A stretch of DNA of 64,000 bases from a virus. Shown here piece after piece: positions 58,409 to 64,000 of the stretch (position 1 is the first letter of the stretch; every line of letters starts with the position of its first letter). The notes beneath the pieces are model-generated. The model searched no databases. It saw only the letters and a list, made by a program, of their open reading frames with translations, and was not told where the DNA came from. Both the position numbers and the translations under genes were made by a program. The stretch covers positions 32,001 through 96,000 of IMG/VR virus record IMGVR_UViG_3300025015_000014. One strand, written 5' to 3'.

Positions 58409-59995
58409 CTACCTAAGCCGTTGAACCACCGCAGTCTCAGCCGTCAGCAGAAGGGTAGCCGTGGATACGGCTGTCTCGATGACCACCTGAACTACTTGGA
58501 GGGGGTCAGGCAATATCGGGGTCTCTCCCATGTCCCGGACATGGCCACCTTCAGAAGTTGCCTCCCATCCAATCCAGCCTTGTGTTTGGGAGAGCTTGCC
58601 GAGGATCTCTACGCCCCCTCCGGCATTGACAATCAATCGGGTTGTGGGAATCTTGAGAGCTTTGGCCAGAATCAGCCACCCAGCCCGTTCTTCGGGTTCC
58701 TTTATGGAGGGATAACAGGTTTCCAGATGAAGCCCGGCTCGCAAATAAGCAATCCCACCACCAGGTAGGATGCCACTACGAAGGGCGGCCTGAACAGACC
58801 CCAGGGCATCCTCAACCCTGGCCCGTCGTTCCTTCATGGCTACTTCAGAGATCCCCCCAACTCGTAGGATAGCCAACCCACCTGAGAGCTTGGCCTTCCG
58901 TTCTCGCAATCGGTCCTTGTCATAGTCCGATGTGGCTCTTTCCTCTTCGGCTCGGAGTTGGATCAGACGTTCCTGAACCGTCTCCTGGGCCTCATCATAG
59001 GCTTCAAGCACCGTGGTTCTGGTCTTGATGGTGATCTTGCGGGCTGTGCCAAACCAAGTCTGGTCCCAAACCCGATGGTTCATTCCTGCCCGAGGATCCA
59101 CAAAGGTTGCCCCAGTCAAAGCGGCAACATCTTTCAGAAGCTCGATCCGAATGGGTCCAACACCCGACACCGGAACAGCAGAACACTTGACGACCCCTTT
59201 GGAGTTATTGACGATCATTGTGGTCAAGGCTTCACCAACGAAGGCTTCGGCAAACACCACCAGTTCGTTGCGAGGCCATTGGCTGGCTGTTTCCAGAAGG
59301 TCTTGGACATCCCCCACGGTGACCAGGGAGATTCCCAGTACAGCCACGATAGCCCCATCAATGAGGCGTTCGTTTTGATTGCCCAACAGTTCAGTAGACG
59401 CCATTCCCCCATCAAGTTCCATTCCTTCCTTGAGGTCCAACCAAGTCTCGACTGATTGACTGTCCTCAATGGCAACGGTCCCATCCTTGCCTACAGCCAT
59501 ACAGGCTTCAGCTAGATTCTCGGCGATCTCTGCATCCCCGTTACTAGCAAGCAGGGCCACTTGTTTCAACACATCCTTCTCTTGGATTGGCCGATGGAGC
59601 TTTTCCAAACAGTCTCGGGCCTCTACTGCGGCGGCTCTCACCCCCCGGATGATCCCATTGGGACTCATTCCTGCCGTGATCAGTTTGTGTCCTTCTTGGA
59701 GCAACCCGTCAGCTAACAAGGCGACAGTCGTGGTGCCATCACCTACCTGGGCATTTACTCGGAGACAGGCTTCCTTGAGAATCTGTGCCCCCAGATTCTG
59801 TGTGCGTCCCGAGAGTTCAATCTCTCGGGCAACCGTCACCCCATCCTTAGTGGCTAGCAACCCAGATAACCGATCCAGCATACAAGTGCGGCCATGCGGC
59901 CCATAGGTCACACCAACAACCCGAGCCAGTTGATGAGTCCCTTTCAAGAGTTGTTCGCGGGCTATTGCGCCCGTGAGAATCGTCTTTGCGCCCAT
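58409..59995 (-). CDS. groEL: GroEL-like chaperonin (phage-encoded, divergent)
   Basis: TYGPHGR, TKDGVTVAREI, VGDGTTT, DYDKDRLRERKAKLSGG, VEDAL, GILPGGG. Confidence 0.95.
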   Translation of the reverse strand: MGAKTILTGAIAREQLLKGTHQLARVVGVTYGPHGRTCMLDRLSGLLATKDGVTVAREIELSGRTQNLGAQILKEACLRVNAQVGDGTTTVALLADGLLQEGHKLITAGMSPNGIIRGVRAAAVEARDCLEKLHRPIQEKDVLKQVALLASNGDAEIAENLAEACMAVGKDGTVAIEDSQSVETWLDLKEGMELDGGMASTELLGNQNERLIDGAIVAVLGISLVTVGDVQDLLETASQWPRNELVVFAEAFVGEALTTMIVNNSKGVVKCSAVPVSGVGPIRIELLKDVAALTGATFVDPRAGMNHRVWDQTWFGTARKITIKTRTTVLEAYDEAQETVQERLIQLRAEEERATSDYDKDRLRERKAKLSGGLAILRVGGISEVAMKERRARVEDALGSVQAALRSGILPGGGIAYLRAGLHLETCYPSIKEPEERAGWLILAKALKIPTTRLIVNAGGGVEILGKLSQTQGWIGWEATSEGGHVRDMGETPILPDPLQVVQVVIETAVSTATLLLTAETAVVQRLR

Positions 59996-60182
59996 TGAAT
60001 CACGCCTCCTCCCCCACTCTACCCGAGGAGTTGAAATGATGGGTTGCTCTCTCTTGGTGTCCAAAACGATGACGGAACCAACCGTCAAATAATCTTATCG
60101 TGGGCAGCCCCAACCGATATTTTGATCATGACGAACACCCCAACGGTCCCATCAAAGACCAGAACTGAGGATGATCAGGGGG

Positions 60183-60788
60183 TTATCTCGCCAAATGACC
60201 AATCCAGCGGGAGGCAATCCGGTGTATTAAACGTGATCTATGGGGCGATCTTACGGTGTTATTACGACCCAATACGCTATTTTGGGAACACAAGGGGGTC
60301 TGCGAAGTGGCCCGAACCAGATGGGGGACACACAACAAACCCAACCCAGTCACGAAAGCCTCATACACAGCAAGGCGTTTCGGGTCATCCTCCCATATAG
60401 CGACTGTTGTGATGCTGGGGAACTTAGCGAGTGCTTTACGCAACACGGATGTCTTGAAAGCGGTTGTGCTACCGCCAGGGTTCAGCCGAACCAGATCAAA
60501 GTCAAGACCCTTTTGCCCTAGTAATTCCGGGACTCTCCAACGAAAGGCACTATGGTCAGGCCGACCCGTACACAACACAGCCAACACTTGTTTGTGCGCT
60601 ATGCTACGTTTGGCTTCCGCTACTGTGGTCCCTACCCACCAAGATGCTTCGGGGGTGTCCGGAACACATGGCTGGCCTAAGGATTGTTCCTCAACCCACC
60701 AGTCTTCGCCCACTCCAGGAGGCGGCTCTGGACTCCGAAACAAAGTGCCGTCGAAGTCATATAAATGGAGTTCAAGTGGTTGATACAT
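60183..60788 (-). CDS. HAD-family phosphatase (Swiss Army Knife RNA-repair-like HAD) with a C-terminal RIASRW tag
   Basis: LHLYDFDGTLFRSP, WW, LCTGR, TTAFK, IWED; LIHRIASRWI. Confidence 0.8.
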   Translation of the reverse strand: MYQPLELHLYDFDGTLFRSPEPPPGVGEDWWVEEQSLGQPCVPDTPEASWWVGTTVAEAKRSIAHKQVLAVLCTGRPDHSAFRWRVPELLGQKGLDFDLVRLNPGGSTTAFKTSVLRKALAKFPSITTVAIWEDDPKRLAVYEAFVTGLGLLCVPHLVRATSQTPLCSQNSVLGRNNTVRSPHRSRLIHRIASRWIGHLAR

Positions 60789-61257
60789 CGGACACCAGGG
60801 ACTCAAGAGCAAGACCGAAGTGGGGCATCCGGAGAACGAAAGCACGGATACGTTTCAAGAGAAACTCGTTTTCCGGGTGCCGACAACAACCACCTTGTAA
60901 CATCCGCTGATAGCGACGGAGTTCCGGATTGGCCTCGATAACCGTCAATAATTGTGGATACAGGGTTCGGGCCATCGGGTACCTACTTGGCCTCACTACT
61001 CTGCCGGAGTAAGGGTATCAGGTGAGGTCGCATTTCGGGTCGGGTACGGGCGATTTCGAGCAAGGCTTTTCGAAGCATGGAAACCTCCTAGAAAACGGAA
61101 CGGATAGGCTGTCTACCGAAACACGGCTTAGCCGAATCGGGTTTCGGGTAGCATAGGTGCCCGCCCACTTACCGGCCGGTGGGGATTCAAGGGGGTCTGG
61201 CACAAGTCGGACTCCCATCGGAAGCCGAATCCACAAAGGATTCGGTTAGACCGGAAC

Positions 61258-61292
61258 AAAGTTCTTGACACCCGATTCCACGGGGGTAAGAT
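61258..61292 (+). promoter_or_regulatory. Sigma70-type promoter of the tRNA array
   Basis: TTGACA (61265-70), 16-nt spacer, TAAGAT (61287-92). Confidence 0.75.
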
Positions 61293-61300
61293 AGGGAGCG

Positions 61301-61402
61301 ATGGGAACCTTGAACCAGTTATCCTCACGAAACACGCTACGGCAGAGTTGGTTGCTTACCACCTCCCTGTCGTATCGCTTTACGGCGGGGGCAACCGGGT
61401 AG
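61301..61402 (+). CDS. Putative 33-aa leader peptide MGTLNQLSSRNTLRQSWLLTTSLSYRFTAGATG
   Basis: ATG 8 nt after the -10 box; stop 25 nt before a strong terminator; codons match the downstream tRNAs. Below the ORF track cutoff. Confidence 0.7.
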   Translation: MGTLNQLSSRNTLRQSWLLTTSLSYRFTAGATG

Positions 61403-61426
61403 AGGCTCAAGACAGAGCAAATAGAC

Positions 61427-61470
61427 CCGAAGCCCCTCCCGGAAACGAACCGAGAGGGGCTTCGGTGTTT
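61427..61470 (+). terminator. Intrinsic terminator (attenuator)
   Basis: Perfect 12-bp stem CCGAAGCCCCTC / GAGGGGCTTCGG followed by TGTTT. Confidence 0.75.
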
Positions 61471-61569
61471 ATGGGGGTTCGGTGGGTTGATGACTTACCG
61501 ACCCCAGGTTCCGTGAAAAGTAGTCGATCACGATTTGGGTGGGGACGGTCACCAACCGACCCCACCTGT

Positions 61570-61650
61570 GCCGGGATGGCGTAATGGCAGCCGCGCATGG
61601 TTCAGGACCATGTGTTGAAAGACGTAGGGGTTCAAGTCCCCTTCCCGGTA
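61570..61650 (+). tRNA. tRNA-Leu(CAG)
   Basis: Cloverleaf; CATGG-TT CAG GA-CCATG; variable arm; GTTCAAGTCC. Confidence 0.92.
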
Positions 61651-61714
61651 CTCAGGTACGGCAAACCGCAGTGACAATGCCATAAAGTCACAACCCTTTG
61701 GTCCGTACCTCTTT

Positions 61715-61804
61715 GGGCAAGCGGCGGAGTTGGAGGTGCCGCAGCGGACTGTAAATCCGTTCCCTTTTGGGTTAACACTGGGGGTTCGAATCCCTCCTTG
61801 CCCA
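61715..61804 (+). tRNA. tRNA-Tyr(GTA)
   Basis: GCGGA-CT GTA AA-TCCGT; long variable arm; GTTCGAATCC. Confidence 0.92.
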
Positions 61805-61815
61805 CTGTTCCTGAT

Positions 61816-61890
61816 ACGCCCGTAGCTCAACGGATTCAGAGCAATGGCCTACGAAGCCAGAGGTTCCCGGTTCGAATCCGGGCGGGCGTA
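61816..61890 (+). tRNA. tRNA-Arg(ACG)
   Basis: TGGC-CT ACG AA-GCCA; GTTCGAATCC. Confidence 0.93.
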
Positions 61891-61895
61891 CTAAA

Positions 61896-61980
61896 GGAGA
61901 GATGGCCGAGCGGTCGAAGGCGGCGGTCTTGAAAATCGCTGGGTTTAAAAGCCCCGGGGGTTCGAATCCCTCTCTCTCCG
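61896..61980 (+). tRNA. tRNA-Ser(TGA)
   Basis: GCGGT-CT TGA AA-ATCGC; long variable arm. Confidence 0.93.
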
Positions 61981-62115
61981 CAAAGAGCCAGAAAGAAAAA
62001 CCGGGAACCAGATGGGGAGGGCGACACGAACCGTCAAGGGGCTGGCTGGTTCCCGGTGTGCCCCATATCACCTATGGCGTACTACGTTTGGGTCTGTGAC
62101 AGGTACAGAAAGATC

Positions 62116-62144
62116 TTGTGCGGAAAGCGGCTGGGGTGTACACT
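62116..62144 (+). promoter_or_regulatory. Internal promoter for a leaderless endonuclease mRNA
   Basis: TTGTGC-17nt-TACACT, with ATG 6 nt downstream at 62151. Confidence 0.5.
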
Positions 62145-62150
62145 CTGACC

Positions 62151-62585
62151 ATGAGGCTTGAACACCACACCAAAACCAAAGGAGATAAGGGGCTGGGCTT
62201 CGTAATTGCTGCTTTCTTGGGAGCAGGTTTCCAAGTTGCTCTTCCACTCAGCGAACATTTGCCCTTTGATCTAATTGCCATTTCCGGGAAAGCCCTCAAG
62301 AAGGTATCGGTAAAGTATAGATCCGCAGTAAAGGGTTCTGTAGAAATTGCTCTTCGGGGAGTTTGGAGCAATCAACAAGGAACACATACGACTTTTCTGC
62401 AACGCGGCGATGTGGATGCGCATGCTTTGTACTGTCCAGATACAAAATTATGCTACTTCGTTCGGGATGCTGAAATCACTTCCAGGCGGGGTTTCAAATT
62501 GCGCCTAGAAGAACCCAAAACCCCACACCCCCAATCTCGTCCTGCTCACCTGTACACGGATCCAACGCGCCTTTTCATTTCTTAG
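62151..62585 (+). CDS. Free-standing PD-(D/E)XK homing endonuclease (I-Ssp6803I / PDDEXK_5-like)
   Basis: HTKTKGDKG..V...L..GFQVALP.SE..PFDLI...KVSVKY...VD...YCP. Confidence 0.8.
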   Translation: MRLEHHTKTKGDKGLGFVIAAFLGAGFQVALPLSEHLPFDLIAISGKALKKVSVKYRSAVKGSVEIALRGVWSNQQGTHTTFLQRGDVDAHALYCPDTKLCYFVRDAEITSRRGFKLRLEEPKTPHPQSRPAHLYTDPTRLFIS

Positions 62586-62671
62586 GAGGGGTCGCCTAGT
62601 CCGGCTGTGGGCACCTGATTGCTAATCAGGCAGACAGAAATGTCTCGTGGGTTCGAATCCCACTCCCTCCG
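62585..62671 (+). tRNA. tRNA-Ser(GCT)
   Basis: CCTGA-TT GCT AA-TCAGG; long variable arm. Confidence 0.92.
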
Positions 62672-62699
62672 CTCTTTTTGCAGGACAGGAGAAAATAAT

Positions 62700-62788
62700 G
62701 CGAGCATGGCGTAACTTTGGTAGCCGCGCAAGGTCGAGAGCCTTGTCCCCAAAAAACGGGGGTGGGGGTTCGAGTCCCCCTGCTCGCA
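62700..62788 (+). tRNA. tRNA-Leu(GAG) with a non-canonical anticodon loop
   Basis: CAAGG-TC GAG AG-CCTTG (C33); acceptor stem GCGAGCA/TGCTCGC. Confidence 0.8.
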
Positions 62789-62892
62789 CTACGGGTAACC
62801 GGGTTCGAATCCCGGCTTGGTTGATGGGGGTGACGGGTCAATCAAGGTCATGGTGACCCCAGAGGTTCGATTCCTCTACTTGGCAACCGTAG
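62789..62892 (+). ncRNA. Y-RNA-like permuted tRNA mimic with two T-arms
   Basis: Closing stem CTACGG/CCGTAG; T-arm CCGGG-TTCGAAT-CCCGG; 9-bp loop-closed stem; GTCA-TGG-TGAC; second T-arm AGAGG-TTCGATT-CCTCT. Confidence 0.55.
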
Positions 62893-62973
62893 TCAAGTCA
62901 AATGGGTAGGAATAGGCTCTCGCTAGAGAGGGCCGCCCGACTGGTGGGAATCCAGTCAACAAGAACCCCCAAT

Positions 62974-63046
62974 GGCTCGTTAGCTCTGATGGTCAGAGCG
63001 TTCCGTTGAAGCCGGAAAGAATCCTGTTCGATCCAGGAACGAGCCA
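62974..63046 (+). tRNA. tRNA-Phe(GAA)
   Basis: TTCCG-TT GAA GC-CGGAA; acceptor stem GGCTCGT/ACGAGCC. Confidence 0.88.
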
Positions 63047-63056
63047 CCCTTTCCTT

Positions 63057-63146
63057 GGAAGAACGCCGGACATTGGTGGGCCGGGCCTGTCTCGAAAGCA
63101 GGTTCCCGTAATACACGGGATGCGAGTTCGATTCTCGCTTCTTCCG
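63057..63146 (+). tRNA. tRNA-Ser(CGA)
   Basis: CCTGT-CT CGA AA-GCAGG; long variable arm. Confidence 0.88.
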
Positions 63147-63198
63147 CTTGGGGACTGGGACATGCAATTCAATCCTCTTTTCCTGCCAGCCCCATTTT

Positions 63199-63291
63199 GG
63201 AGGATAGCCGGATATCGGTTCGCCGGGCACGCCTGGAAAGCGTGTGGGTTCCGTAATAGGGATCCTGCGGGTTCAATTCCCGTGTCCTCCG
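63199..63291 (+). tRNA. tRNA-Ser(GGA)
   Basis: CACGC-CT GGA AA-GCGTG; long variable arm. Confidence 0.9.
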
Positions 63292-63372
63292 CCGAAACAA
63301 CTTAGGCTTAGTTCCCCCACCTCTTGTGTAGTAAGATAGAACCCGCCCAGATGAGGCGGAAAGGGGGATCTA

Positions 63373-63939
63373 GTGCGAATGATAAGGCTGCTCCTTTTGG
63401 TTTCCGCTCTGTGCTGCACAACCGCGAAACAGACGAACGTGAAAGCAGAGCCCGTGAAGGAACATGAACCCTCCAAAGCGCTCGTTGCTCTGTTTGACCA
63501 TTGGGCAGATTTGCAAAGATTTCCCCCCGAAACAAGGCTATATCTACGGTTTCGCTTTCCACATTCTGACGGGGAAATACGCGAATTTCAGGACTTTGTT
63601 GCCGCTTTCGATTGTGCAGATTGTTCAGACGAAGAGATGGAACAAACAACAGTACAATTCGATAAAGCACAAGAGCGGTTTAAAACGGGTCAGTCTTTTA
63701 CCCGCAACTTTCCTCAAATCGTAGCCTTCTTGCAGCGAAAGGAACCAAGCCGAATGGCATCCCTCTTTGGTCTAGCAGATGCTTTGGCTAAGGAAGCTTC
63801 TTTCTACCGCTATGCTCTGTGTGTTTCCAAGACAGATGAGTCGTGGCAAGAACGTCTCGGTTGGTCAGCCAGTAAGTCGGACAACATTACTCCCCTTGTG
63901 GGTTCCTGTAATGAAATACTTACAAGGTCTAGCGACTAA
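63373..63939 (+). CDS. Putative secreted/lipoprotein-like hypothetical protein
   Basis: Signal-like MIRLLLLVSALCC; visibly more AT-rich than the flanks. Confidence 0.55.
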   Translation: MRMIRLLLLVSALCCTTAKQTNVKAEPVKEHEPSKALVALFDHWADLQRFPPETRLYLRFRFPHSDGEIREFQDFVAAFDCADCSDEEMEQTTVQFDKAQERFKTGQSFTRNFPQIVAFLQRKEPSRMASLFGLADALAKEASFYRYALCVSKTDESWQERLGWSASKSDNITPLVGSCNEILTRSSD

Positions 63940-63963
63940 ATCTAGTGTGCGTCTTTCTGCGCT

Positions 63964-64000
63964 GGGAGTGAAGGCTTGAGGGTAAGCCGCCGGCCTCCAA
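63964..64000 (+). tRNA. Partial tRNA-Trp(CCA), truncated by the window end
   Basis: GGGAGTG, D-arm GGCT...AGCC, then CCGGC-CT CCA A; the 3' half is not visible. Confidence 0.55.

Noticed and set aside
61293-61470. T-box riboswitch as the leader mechanism
   Set aside because: No TGGNACCGCG T-box sequence precedes the terminator; a translated leader fits better.
61981-62585. Group I intron interrupting a tRNA
   Set aside because: The flanking tRNA-Ser genes are both intact, and no intron core or split exon was recognised.
62917-62930. Possible amber-suppressor (CTA) anticodon in CTCTCGCTAGAGAG
   Set aside because: It folds as a 5-bp stem with a 4-nt loop; there is no 7-nt anticodon loop or cloverleaf. 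Genes also end normally at TAG.
61348-63476. ORF-track entries overlapping the leader and tRNA genes
   Set aside because: They overlap clear tRNA cloverleafs or the terminator and lack protein features; only 62151-62585 is credible.
1-64000. Alternative genetic code
   Set aside because: Conserved genes are full length and tightly packed under the standard code; the only split gene (SbcC) has halves kilobases apart.

Overview
A 64-kb fragment of a large tailed bacteriophage (jumbo-phage-like, GC-rich). Nearly all genes are on the - strand. From left to right: (1) a head/packaging region with a partial portal, the large terminase and virion/internal proteins (1-15 kb); (2) a transcription, replication and recombination block (15-44.7 kb) with a sigma4-like protein, NusG, a bacterial-type clamp and clamp loader (DnaN, DnaX, HolA, HolB), primase, a split SbcC/Rad50 plus SbcD, RecA, RuvC, SSB, RecD2 with an intein, a class II ribonucleotide reductase with an intein, a DNA methyltransferase and HNH endonucleases; (3) an ORF-poor repeat region that may be an origin; (4) sigma-like genes, three large modular proteins, HU, GroEL and a HAD phosphatase; (5) a + strand tRNA array with 9 complete tRNAs and 1 partial. 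The main finding is that the tRNA array is preceded by a promoter, a 33-codon leader ORF and mutually exclusive hairpins including a strong terminator. The leader contains a codon for every tRNA in the array, so it looks like a ribosome-stalling attenuator that switches on phage tRNAs when host tRNAs are depleted. Also notable are short helical tags repeated across many unrelated proteins with K/R-x-A boundaries (a candidate capsid cargo-targeting/polyprotein system) and a Y-RNA-like permuted tRNA mimic. All family assignments come from motif recognition by eye; no database searches were run.
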